Shown: one piece after another, positions 37,752 through 46,974 of the stretch
Numbering within the stretch: the first letter of the stretch is position 1
How the letters are laid out: each line of letters opens with the position of its first letter
Source: an uncultured Oscillospiraceae bacterium
Lineage (GTDB): Bacteria > Bacillota > Clostridia > Saccharofermentanales > Fastidiosipilaceae
Assembly (NCBI GenBank): GCA_964574395.1
Contig: CAZNNL010000002.1
Location: 2,650-66,649 of the forward strand
Direction: 5' to 3'
Length of the DNA stretch: 64,000 nt
The notes under the pieces: generated by a model
The model's database searches: none
What the model was told of the DNA's origin: nothing
Seen by the model: the letters and a program-made list of their open reading frames with translations, nothing else
Made by a program: the position numbers and the translations under genes

Positions 37752-39323
37752 GTGATTGCCATAGAATGGCTAAAAATATTAATTGGCGTAGTGGTGGGCA
37801 TCTTACTTGGTACAAGCGCAACAGTCCTCTTGTATCGCATGGGGTTTAGTAAAAAGAAACTAGAATTGGCTCATGAGATAGAGAAACAAGAACAAGAAGT
37901 TCAACTGATGTTGGGCGAAGCGCAGAAAAGCGGTGAACAGAGAAAACGTGAACTGTTACTGCAAGCTAAGGAAGAGATACATCGCACAAAATTAGAATTA
38001 GAGCGCGACACTAAAGAGCGTAAAGCGGACTTACAAAAAGAGCGTCAAAGAATCGATCAAAAAGAGAACACGCTAGATAAAAAAATTGAAACACAAGAAC
38101 AGAAAGAAATATCGTTGGCTGAACGTCAACAGGTATTGCAAGAAAATGAAGAACGTGTAAAAACGCTCGAAGAGGAAAAAGTCCGTGAAATAGAAGCAAT
38201 CTCCCGTTTGAGCATGGATGATGCCAGACAACTTGTGTTGGAAACAGCTGCTAAAACGTATCGTCATGACATGGCCATTATGTTGAAGCAAATGGAGTCT
38301 GAAGCACATGAAAAAGCGGAAGAAACAGCAAAAGAGATAGTAGTTGGTGCAATCCAACGCTATGCTTCTGATTATGTCGCTGAGACGACAGTTTCAGTTG
38401 TGAATTTACCTAATGATGAAATGAAGGGACGTATTATTGGTCGTGAAGGCAGAAATATACGTGCAATTGAAACAATTACCGGCGTTGATCTAATAATCGA
38501 CGATACACCGGAAGCCGTCATATTGTCATGCTTTAACCCTATCCGTCGTGAAACAGCAAGGCTTACATTGGAAAAATTAATTCAAGACGGACGTATCCAT
38601 CCAGCACGTATAGAAGAGATGGCTACGAAAGCTAAAAAAGAACTAAACCAAGTTATTAAGCAAGAAGGCGAAAAAGCAATATTTGAAACTGGTGTCATCG
38701 GGGTTAATCCCGAGATCGTCAAGTTGCTTGGTCGTATGCACTATCGTACTAGTTATGGACAAAATGCGTTGCAGCATTCGATTGAAGTAAGTCTCTTATC
38801 TGGCATGATTGCGGGGGAACTTGGTCTGGATGTAGAGTTGGCTAAACGAGCCGGACTCTTGCATGACATCGGAAAGTCGATTGACTTTGAGATGGAAGGC
38901 ACACACATTGAACTTGGAGCTAATTTTGCGCGTAAACACAATGAACCTGAAGCGGTTATCAATGCAATTGAATCGCATCATGGTAATTTGGAAGCTACCT
39001 CGCTGATTTCATCTATAGTGGCAGCGGCTGATGCTATATCAGCAGCTAGACCGGGAGCTCGCAGAGAAAACCTTGAAACCTACGTCAAACGCATTCAGCG
39101 CTTAGAAGAAATAGCTGATAGCTTTGAGGGAGTTGAAAAGAGCTTTGCAATCCAAGCAGGCAGAGAACTGCGTGTGATGGTTATTCCCGAACAGATGTCA
39201 GAAGATGAGATGATCCTGAGAGCAAGAGAAATTTGCCAACAAATCGAAGATGAACTCGATTATCCGGGTCAGATCAAAGTGAACATGATTAGAGAAACAC
39301 GCGTAAGCGATTACGCAAAGTAA
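37752..39323 (+). CDS. rny: ribonuclease Y
   Basis: N-terminal TM helix, coiled coil, KH domain ([22 protein letters not shown]) and HD domain (LLHDIGK). The track start GTG 37752 sits inside the AGGAGG SD; ATA 37761 is the better-placed initiator (see findings). Confidence 0.95.
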   Translation: MIAIEWLKILIGVVVGILLGTSATVLLYRMGFSKKKLELAHEIEKQEQEVQLMLGEAQKSGEQRKRELLLQAKEEIHRTKLELERDTKERKADLQKERQRIDQKENTLDKKIETQEQKEISLAERQQVLQENEERVKTLEEEKVREIEAISRLSMDDARQLVLETAAKTYRHDMAIMLKQMESEAHEKAEETAKEIVVGAIQRYASDYVAETTVSVVNLPNDEMKGRIIGREGRNIRAIETITGVDLIIDDTPEAVILSCFNPIRRETARLTLEKLIQDGRIHPARIEEMATKAKKELNQVIKQEGEKAIFETGVIGVNPEIVKLLGRMHYRTSYGQNALQHSIEVSLLSGMIAGELGLDVELAKRAGLLHDIGKSIDFEMEGTHIELGANFARKHNEPEAVINAIESHHGNLEATSLISSIVAAADAISAARPGARRENLETYVKRIQRLEEIADSFEGVEKSFAIQAGRELRVMVIPEQMSEDEMILRAREICQQIEDELDYPGQIKVNMIRETRVSDYAK

Positions 39324-39343
39324 ATGCAATCCTACACATGATA

Positions 39344-39383
39344 AACCTCTCCCGAACGCAAGTCGTTTGGGAGAGGTTTTTTG
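39344..39383 (+). terminator. intrinsic terminator after rny
   Basis: AACCTCTCCC-15 nt-GGGAGAGGTT followed by TTTTTG. Confidence 0.85.
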
Positions 39384-39645
39384 TATGTGTGGGGCGGACT
39401 CTCACGGACACTCTTAGTAAAACGCGTTATATAAATACGTGTCCACTTTGAATCAAGCATGAATATCCATTTTGCACATAATTCACAAAATGTATTTGTT
39501 GAAGATATAGAAGATTGTTCAAGGTGGTTCAAATATTCGAGGAGTCCTGTTAATATAAAGACATAAAACAAGAACACAGTTCGGCAATGTCGAACGAAGA
39601 TACAGTAGAGACACATACCTAAAGGCAGCAAAGAGATACGAACTT

Positions 39646-39945
39646 ATGACAGAAGATAATAAAAAGACTGAAGTGTATCAAATCACTGTTGTCGACCGCA
39701 AGATGGTATGGACATGTCGAAAAGGATTAACGCTGGCGGAGTCGGCTGATAAATCAGGCAAGGGGCATTTGTTTCGTGGTTGTCATGGCGGTGGTTGTGG
39801 AGTCTGTAAAGTCTTGGTGCTTGAAGGTTCTTTTGAAAGAAAAAAAGAAAGTTCGGCACATATAACGGAAGATGATAAATCAGCAAATATCGTTTTGGCT
39901 TGTTGCGCCAAACCAAATTCGGATTTGTCGATTGAAATTTTGTAA
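39646..39945 (+). CDS. XylT/DmpQ-like plant-type [2Fe-2S] ferredoxin
   Basis: GCHGGGCGVCKVLVLEG ... VLACCAKP parallels XylT (GCRGGGCGLCRVRVLSG ... ALACQ). It lies directly upstream of the extradiol dioxygenase gene. Confidence 0.75.
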   Translation: MTEDNKKTEVYQITVVDRKMVWTCRKGLTLAESADKSGKGHLFRGCHGGGCGVCKVLVLEGSFERKKESSAHITEDDKSANIVLACCAKPNSDLSIEIL

Positions 39946-40041
39946 GTCCATAGAAAGGAGTAAGTCTATCAAATTACAGTAGCGCAATCTTTAACAAAAT
40001 TAACAAAAGCAGTTTAATAATTAAAACTAAGGAGAACATTT

Positions 40042-40971
40042 ATGGCAATTAAAGGTGTATTAAGAGCAAGCCTAATTCAAATTCGTATTTTAAACATGGA
40101 AGAAGCAATTAAGCATTATGTGGATATTCTGGGTCTAAATCTAGTTGATACTTTGCCTGATGGTAGAGTCTTACTAAAATGCTACGATGAGTTTGACCAT
40201 CACTAAGTCGTCTTAGTCGAAGCTGACAGAGCAGGATTAGATCTCATGGGCTTCAAAGTAGAGTCTGAAGAAGTGCTTGATCAATATAAGGAAGCAACAG
40301 ATGCATTCGGTTTAGAAAATGAATGGATAGCTGCTAATACCGACCAACCTGGTTATGGACGTCGCTTAAAAGTAAAGTTGCCAACTGGTCACATTATCAA
40401 TTTGTATGCAACAGTAGAACTTGCTGCTGATCATCCAGAATTGAGAAATCCAAACATTTGGCAACGTGCACCACATGGTATGGGAGCACTTGGTTTTGAC
40501 CATTGTTTACTTTACGGACCAAATCAGAAAGAAGCAGTGCGCTACTTTGTTGAAGTTTTAGGTATGAGCGTTGTTGAGAATGTCAAACTACCTGATGGTA
40601 GCGGAAATCTTGTCACATGGTTAACAGCTAATAATAAAGCACATGATGTCGCAATTTTGGAATTCGATAAACCCAACGTATTACATCACTTAGCATTTAA
40701 ATTAGAGTCCTGGAATGATATCGGACATGCAGCTGACCTGATTAGTGTAAACAATGTTAGTTTGGATGCTGGACCTATGCGTCACGGTGTTACTCGCGGA
40801 CAAACGATTTATTTCTTTGACCCCTCTGGCAACCGTAACGAAGTATATGCTGGTGGCTATGCGCATTATCCGGATATGCCCGTTCGCGAATGGGATTACG
40901 AGCAAGTCGGTAAGGGTATCTTCTACTACACACGCCAACTAAACGAGAATTTCTTGAAAGTCATGACTTGA
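40042..40971 (+). pseudogene. xylE: catechol 2,3-dioxygenase (class I extradiol, XylE-like) with in-frame TAA at codon 55
   Basis: Translation from ATG 40042 (SD AAGGAG) aligns along its whole length with my recollection of P. putida XylE: MxxKGVxR ... DHH*VVLVEAD ... TKAHDVA ... LHHLAF ... TIYFFDPSGNRNEV ... LNENFLKVMT. TAA at 40204-40206 replaces the Ser of XylE FSLVLREAD. The track ORF 40246..40971 is in the same frame. Confidence 0.85.
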
Positions 40972-41036
40972 TTCCCCACACGTCCTTTGCGATGGGTGAT
41001 GCTAAAATATAGATAGCTTATCGGGAGGAATGTCAG

Positions 41037-41801
41037 ATGAAAGATGAGAAACGTATACAGTCCGTAGACCGAGCCGTGCAAATTTTGAACAGTTTTAGTG
41101 AGCAAAAAAGCGAGTGGAGGCTGACAGAACTTGCACAGGCATTGCAACTTAATAAAAGTACGGTCCACGGAATTATTAATACATTGAAATATCATGGTCT
41201 GATCGACCAAGATGAAAACACGCAAGTATACCGTTTGGGTCCTGCACTAATGTACTATGGCGAGCTAGTCACAGAAAAACTTGACATCATTGCTCTAGCG
41301 AAACCCATTATGGAAGACTTACGTGACAAAGTTGAAGAAACCGTACATTTGGCCACATTAAATGATCTAGATGTTGTTTATATAGAAAAGATTGAATCTA
41401 GTCATTCCATGCGCATTGCAACGACAAGAGGGTCGCGAAATCCTAGTTATTGTACCGGTGTAGGAAAAGCGTTATTAGCATTTGCGGGAGAAGCCAAACT
41501 CAAGCGTGTTATAGGACGCGGCTTAGAGCCAAGAACACCAGAAACGATTACCGATCCGCTACTCCTTAAGCAGAACATCGAAGAGATAAAGCTAAAAGGA
41601 TACGCGGAAGATAGAAGTGAAGCGGAGATTGGCTTAAATTGTTTGGCTATGCCAATACATGATCATAGTGGCAAAGCACCGTATGCGCTTTCAATCTCGG
41701 GCCCAGCTGTGCGCATGACCAGTGAACGTTACCCATTGTTGCGTCAAGCTTTAGCAGATGCAGTAAAACAAATTGAGAATAAACTAGGCTACCGCCTCTA
41801 G
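41037..41801 (+). CDS. IclR-family transcriptional regulator
   Basis: IQSVDRAVQILNSF ... LTELAQALQLNKSTVHGIINTL, plus the C-terminal effector domain. Confidence 0.9.
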   Translation: MKDEKRIQSVDRAVQILNSFSEQKSEWRLTELAQALQLNKSTVHGIINTLKYHGLIDQDENTQVYRLGPALMYYGELVTEKLDIIALAKPIMEDLRDKVEETVHLATLNDLDVVYIEKIESSHSMRIATTRGSRNPSYCTGVGKALLAFAGEAKLKRVIGRGLEPRTPETITDPLLLKQNIEEIKLKGYAEDRSEAEIGLNCLAMPIHDHSGKAPYALSISGPAVRMTSERYPLLRQALADAVKQIENKLGYRL

Positions 41802-41820
41802 AAACGAAAGGAATTTTATT

Positions 41821-42647
41821 ATGTCTACTAGACCAGAAATTGCGAACTCTGTTAAAACAGGTTCATTCATGACGAATTACCAAGACCATGGTGAGGGCTT
41901 CCCTGTTTTGCTCATACATGGTTCGGGTCCAGGTGTCTCATCTTGGGCAAACTGGCGTTTGATAATACCAGCGTTAGCGGAACAACGTAGGGTGCTGGCT
42001 CCAGATATGGCTGGTTTCGGCTATACCGAACGTGTAGAAGGTGTACCTTTTAATATGGACACTTGGATAAAGCAGGCGATAGACTTTTTGGATGCCCTGA
42101 ACATTGATCAGTGCGATCTTGTTGGTAATTCATTTGGTGGTGCTTTAGCACTTGCTTTAGCAGTCTTACATCCTGAACGTATACGAAAAATAGTTTTGAT
42201 GGGTTCTATGGGCGTAGAATTTGAGTTAACCGAAGGCGATGGTCTTGATGCTGTCTGGGGCTATACTCCCTCAGTAGAAAATATGGCAAAAATGTTAGAC
42301 ATGTTTGTCTACAACAAAGCAATTGCAACGGATGATCTAGCACGCATGCGTTCTTGGAAGCCAGTATAGAGCCTGGCTTCCAAGAAGCGTTCAGCTCCAT
42401 GTTCCCGGCACCAAGAAAAGACTATGTCAAAGAAATGGCACGTTACGAAGACCGTATTTCTGAGATAAAAAATCCTACGCTAATTGTTCATAGTCGTGAA
42501 GATCGCGTTATTCCTGTAGATAACTCTTATAAACTCATCAACATGATTGAGAAATCAGAACTTCACGTCTTTGGACAATGTGGACATTGGACACAAATTG
42601 AAAAGTCCAAAGAATTCGCAGGACTAGTGAATTTGTTCCTCGGCTAA
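41821..42647 (+). pseudogene. 2-hydroxymuconate-semialdehyde hydrolase (alpha/beta hydrolase, XylF/DmpD-like), frameshifted
   Basis: ORFs 41821-42369 (HGSGPGVSSWANW, nucleophile elbow GNSFGG) and 42354-42647 (EASIEPGFQEAFSSMFPAPR ... CGHWTQIE) are consecutive parts of one protein in different frames. The junction is at about 42350-42356. Confidence 0.8.
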
Positions 42648-42751
42648 GCACAAAGTAGAAAATGATGGTAAACCTTGAGTGAACAGTATTTATGGCAATG
42701 AAATGCTTTCAATAATAAATACTGTTCACTATTAAAGTACTGGAGAAAAAC

Positions 42752-43540
42752 ATGAGTCAAGTTGAAGAAAAAATGCTCGATATCTTAGCTGCAAAGCTTA
42801 AAGAAGCAGAGCGTACTCACACGCCCATCGAACAACTTCACCACTATGCCGAAGGACTAAGCATTGATGACGCATACAAAATCCAGCTTCGGAATATCGA
42901 ACTTGAACTTTCAGAAGGTAAAGTTATTACCGGCAAAAAGATTGGCTTAACCAGTGCAGCCATGCAAAATTTGCTAGGTGTTGATCAGCCAGACTATGGA
43001 CACTTATTAGATAGCATGGAAATACATACGTCCGAAACACCCTTTGACTCCATTCTTCAAGCACGCGTTGAGGGAGAAATCCTTTTTATACTTAAGGAAG
43101 ATTTAAGTGGTGGTCAAGTTACGGTAGAAGATGTTGTAAAAGCTACGGATTATGTCGTGGGTGGTATAGAAGTTGTTGGAAGTCGAGTAGCCAATTGGAA
43201 GATTGGCATTATTGATACCGTGGCAGATAATGCGTCTTGCGGGCAGTATATCTTAGGTAAAAAACGGCTTAAACTTAATGAATTTGACCGCATAAAAGAA
43301 GGCATGTCGCTTTATAAAAATGGTGAATTAATTAACCAAGGCACTGGGGCCGCTGTCTTAGGAAATCCGGCTTATTGTGTCGCTTGGTTAGCTAATATGA
43401 TGCATAAGTATGGGGTTACGCTAAAGGCGGGTGAAGTCATTTTGTCTGGTGCACTATCAGCGATGATTCCCGTAGCCAAAGGCGATGCAATCAAAGCAAG
43501 CTTCGATAGCTTAGGTGATGTTGATTTACAGTTTGTGTAG
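42752..43540 (+). CDS. 2-oxopent-4-enoate (2-keto-4-pentenoate) hydratase
   Basis: GKKIGLTSAAMQNLLGVDQPDYG, EVVGSR, DTVADNASCG, LSGAL. These give a collinear match to MhpD/XylJ. Confidence 0.8.
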   Translation: MSQVEEKMLDILAAKLKEAERTHTPIEQLHHYAEGLSIDDAYKIQLRNIELELSEGKVITGKKIGLTSAAMQNLLGVDQPDYGHLLDSMEIHTSETPFDSILQARVEGEILFILKEDLSGGQVTVEDVVKATDYVVGGIEVVGSRVANWKIGIIDTVADNASCGQYILGKKRLKLNEFDRIKEGMSLYKNGELINQGTGAAVLGNPAYCVAWLANMMHKYGVTLKAGEVILSGALSAMIPVAKGDAIKASFDSLGDVDLQFV

Positions 43541-43628
43541 ATATATTTCTGTTTAGTTCTATCTGAAATGAGATTTTGTTAAGTGAATTAGCAAGCAAGT
43601 TTTGCTTACTTGTATTTAGGAGGCACGC

Positions 43629-44498
43629 ATGGAAAAAATAAAAGTAGGGATAATTGGACCAGGAAACATTGGTCTAGATCTCTTACAAAAAATCCGCAGG
43701 AGCGAATACCTTGAGCCAGCCATGGTGATTAATGTTTTTCGTTCTAAGGGTATAGAGTATTGTGAAAGTTTAGGAATCCCAACTGGCACGGAAGGCATAA
43801 AAGACCTTTTGCCAATGAAAGACATAGATATAGTTTTCGACTGTACAAGCGCAACCGCACACGCAGAACATGCCCCCTTACTGAGAGAAGCAGGCTTTTT
43901 TACGATTGACCTGACTCCGGCAGCGGTCGGCCCCTATCTCATTCCAGCTGTTAATCTTGGTGATGATTTATTGGAGTTGGACAACGTAAATATGGTAACT
44001 TGCGCTGGTCAAGCAATCGTTCCTATTATGGCGGCCATCAACGAAGTCGCAGATGTTAGCTACGGTGAGATAGTTGCATCCATTGCCAGCAAAAGTGCAG
44101 GGCCTGGAACGAGAGCTAATATCGATGAATTTACGGAGACGACCAAAACAGCTTTGGAAAAGGCCGGTGGCGCAGATAAAGCGAAAGCGATTATTATTTT
44201 AAATCCTGCAGAACCACCAATTCATATGCGAAACACGATACATGCCAAAGTGAAAAAACCAGATTTAGAAAAAATCACTGAAGCTATCGAGGCAATGGTC
44301 AAGAATATTCAAAAATATGTGCCAGGCTATGAAATGATAATGGCACCAATTATGAATGAAGACGTTGTTTCCTGCATTATTCAAGTTGAAGGTTTAGGCG
44401 ATTATCTCCCAAAATACTCAGGTAATTTGGATATTATTACATGTGCTGCTGTTGAAACGGCGGAAGCATATGCCAAGAAGAAACATGGGAGGAAGTAG
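43629..44498 (+). CDS. acetaldehyde dehydrogenase (acetylating), DmpF/MhpF-type
   Basis: [15 protein letters not shown], catalytic [34 protein letters not shown]. Confidence 0.9.
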   Translation: MEKIKVGIIGPGNIGLDLLQKIRRSEYLEPAMVINVFRSKGIEYCESLGIPTGTEGIKDLLPMKDIDIVFDCTSATAHAEHAPLLREAGFFTIDLTPAAVGPYLIPAVNLGDDLLELDNVNMVTCAGQAIVPIMAAINEVADVSYGEIVASIASKSAGPGTRANIDEFTETTKTALEKAGGADKAKAIIILNPAEPPIHMRNTIHAKVKKPDLEKITEAIEAMVKNIQKYVPGYEMIMAPIMNEDVVSCIIQVEGLGDYLPKYSGNLDIITCAAVETAEAYAKKKHGRK

Positions 44499-44502
44499 CA
44501 AG

Positions 44503-45510
44503 ATGATTAAACTATGTGACACAACCTTACGTGATGGAAGCCATTCGGTCATGCATCGCTTTACACTAGAAGATATAAAATCAGTGGCAAAAGCACTAGA
44601 CGAAGCAGGCATTGACATGATTGAAGTGGGACACGGTGATGGCATCAGTGGCTCGACCATCAATTATGGCTTCGCTCTACATACGGATGGTGAACTGCTT
44701 TCAGCTGCTGCCTCTGTCATAAAAAAAGCGAAATTAGCAGCGCTTTTGCTGCCAGGCATTGGAACAGTAGAAGATCTAGAAGCACTACATGCACTTGGTA
44801 TCAAGGCTGTCCGCGTGGCTACGCACGTGACGGAAGCGGATGTTTCAGCCCAACATATTAAAGCAGCCCGAGAAATGGGTCTGTTTACTGTGGGATTCTT
44901 GATGATGTCTCACATGGCTCCGGTCGAAAGAGTGGTGGAAGAAGCGAAGAAAATGGAAAGCTATGGCGCCGAAGTAGTCTATGTTACGGATTCTGGAGGT
45001 GCAATGCTGCCTGATGAAGTGAAACGTAAAATCTCAGCCGTGAAGGAAGCCATTGCGGTTCCTGTTGGCCATCATGCACATCACAATTTAGGCTTGGCAG
45101 TGGCTAACAGTTTAGCTGCCATTGAGGCAGGTGCTACTTACATCGATGGCTCTTTAGCTGGCTTAGGGGCTGGCGCAGGTAATACACCTACGGAAATGCT
45201 GCTTGCTGCTCTCAATAAAGCAGGCGTAGAACATGGCGCTGACCTCTTTAAAACCATGGATGCTGCGCAACTTGAGCTAAAACCAATTCTCAATCGCATC
45301 GGTTGTCCCTACCACGGCAATCACGATGCTTTGATGGTAGGTTATGCAGGTGTATACTCCAGCTTTATGCTACATGCAAGGCGTGCGTCTGAACGCTTTG
45401 GTATTGATGTGAGAGATATATTAATCGAACTTGGCAGACTTGGCGCTGTTGGTGGGCAAGAAGATATGATTTTGGAAGTTGCCAATAGACTGAGCAAACA
45501 AGCACAATAA
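44503..45510 (+). CDS. 4-hydroxy-2-oxovalerate aldolase, DmpG/MhpE-type
   Basis: DTTLRDGSH, IEVGHGDG, GHHAHHNLGLAVANSLAA. ATG 44503 lies behind GGGAGGAAG. Confidence 0.9.
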   Translation: MIKLCDTTLRDGSHSVMHRFTLEDIKSVAKALDEAGIDMIEVGHGDGISGSTINYGFALHTDGELLSAAASVIKKAKLAALLLPGIGTVEDLEALHALGIKAVRVATHVTEADVSAQHIKAAREMGLFTVGFLMMSHMAPVERVVEEAKKMESYGAEVVYVTDSGGAMLPDEVKRKISAVKEAIAVPVGHHAHHNLGLAVANSLAAIEAGATYIDGSLAGLGAGAGNTPTEMLLAALNKAGVEHGADLFKTMDAAQLELKPILNRIGCPYHGNHDALMVGYAGVYSSFMLHARRASERFGIDVRDILIELGRLGAVGGQEDMILEVANRLSKQAQ

Positions 45511-45534
45511 GGCATTCTTTTAAGGAATTTTTGG

Positions 45535-45563
45535 CAAAAGTATCGCTTAGGCGGTACTTTTTG
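45535..45563 (+). terminator. intrinsic terminator after the aldolase gene
   Basis: AAAGTATCGC-TTAG-GCGGTACTTT followed by TTG. Confidence 0.55.
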
Positions 45564-45613
45564 CTATTATGTCTTAGAATAACGTGAGTTTTGTTGATAG
45601 AAAGCAGGTCTAG

Positions 45614-46402
45614 GTGAATATCATCTTTATTGGGGACGTTGTAGGCAATGCAGCCATCAAGGCTATAGCCTCCGAACTACCAATGTTAAAACAGAAATAT
45701 AATACACAATTTGTTATAGCCAACGGTGAAAATGTTGCCGGTGGTCTTGGCCTAACTCCTCAAACAGCCGCACAATTGTATGATGCCGGTGTAAATGTCA
45801 TTACCTTAGGCAACCATACCTGGTCTAAACATGATCTTCAAAAGACCATTGAGCAAGATGCAAATATTCTTAGACCAGCTAATGGACTAGCCACTTGGCC
45901 GGGTAGAGGTTTTGCGATTTATCAAGTAGGGGCTTATAAACTTGCGGTCATTAATCTGCTGGGTCAAGTCTACATGTCTCCAGTGCAGTCTCCTTTTGCC
46001 GAACTTGAACGCATCCTGGCGCTTTTAAAGAAAGAATCTGTAAAACATATACTGATCGATTTTCATGCCGAAGCCAGTGCCGAAAAAATGGCATTAGCAT
46101 ACAGTGTTGCAGGAAAAGTCAGTGCGGTCTGTGGCACGCACACGCATGTGCAAACGGCAGATGAACGCATTCTTCGTGATTTCACAGCTTACATAACTGA
46201 CGTAGGCATGACTGGTCCCACTGAAAGCATTATCGGAATGCATATCGAAAGCTCACTGCGTAGACTGGCGGACCAAATGCCAGCACGTTACCTTCTCGCA
46301 GAAGGCCCTATAAGTTTTCAGGCGGTCGCGCTTCGCTTAGATGACGCAACAGGAAAATGCACAAACATTGAACGCATAAATTTAAAAGCAAAAACATATT
46401 GA
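45614..46402 (+). CDS. ymdB: YmdB-family metallophosphoesterase (TIGR00282)
   Basis: NIIFIGDVVG, ANGENVAGG, GNHTW, DFHAEASAEK, GTHTHVQTADE. It starts with GTG. Confidence 0.85.
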   Translation: MNIIFIGDVVGNAAIKAIASELPMLKQKYNTQFVIANGENVAGGLGLTPQTAAQLYDAGVNVITLGNHTWSKHDLQKTIEQDANILRPANGLATWPGRGFAIYQVGAYKLAVINLLGQVYMSPVQSPFAELERILALLKKESVKHILIDFHAEASAEKMALAYSVAGKVSAVCGTHTHVQTADERILRDFTAYITDVGMTGPTESIIGMHIESSLRRLADQMPARYLLAEGPISFQAVALRLDDATGKCTNIERINLKAKTY

Positions 46403-46422
46403 AAAGATGAGACTTAAATAAG

Positions 46423-46974
46423 ATGAGCGAAAACAAGCAAAAAAACAATAAATACACACTAATAGCTTACATTGGATTGGCCGTATTAATAATCTTGGAC
46501 CAAATCACAAAAATAGTCATTGATAGAAACCTCAGCGAGACGGATAGCATAACAGTTATTCCGCAATTCTTGTATTTAGATAAAACCTACAACCGCGGCG
46601 CGGCATTCAGCTTTTTGGCTGGACAGGAATGGGGCATTTATATACTTTCGGCAATCTCAGTTTTAGCTGGCATAGTCTTTATTTATTTTGTTTACCGTGC
46701 TAAATCGAAACTGGGTAAATACTTATTTGTAATGCTTGCTGCAGGGACAATTGGAAACGGCATAGACAGAATCCTAAATGGCTACGTTTTAGATTTTATT
46801 GACACGCATTTTGGTGCGTATATTTTCCCTACCTTTAACGTGGCTGACTGTTATTTGACCGTCCACGTTATTCTCATACTCATTTTAGTATTGGCAAAAA
46901 AATACGATCCCGAACGCGACCTTGATCTCTACTTCGATAAACCTGCGACAACGGAGCCGCCTAATGAAGAATGA
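46423..46974 (+). CDS. lspA: lipoprotein signal peptidase II
   Basis: DQITK, NRGAAFS, GNGIDR, FNVAD. Confidence 0.9.
   Translation: MSENKQKNNKYTLIAYIGLAVLIILDQITKIVIDRNLSETDSITVIPQFLYLDKTYNRGAAFSFLAGQEWGIYILSAISVLAGIVFIYFVYRAKSKLGKYLFVMLAAGTIGNGIDRILNGYVLDFIDTHFGAYIFPTFNVADCYLTVHVILILILVLAKKYDPERDLDLYFDKPATTEPPNEE

Larger units (their letters stand above)
39384..45613 (+). other. catechol meta-cleavage gene islet between rny and ymdB
   Basis: Seven same-strand genes bounded by the rny terminator and a terminator at 45535-45563. No mobility genes are seen. Confidence 0.7.

Noticed and set aside
39332-39631. 99-codon ORF on the minus strand downstream of rny
   Set aside because: It overlaps the rny intrinsic terminator and the rny stop, and has no SD or family resemblance.
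39384-45613. Mobile-element boundaries of the meta-cleavage islet (integrase, transposase, direct or inverted terminal repeats)
   Set aside because: No such genes are present. I could find no matching repeats at the two junctions by eye, so the islet is reported as an insertion without a claimed mechanism.
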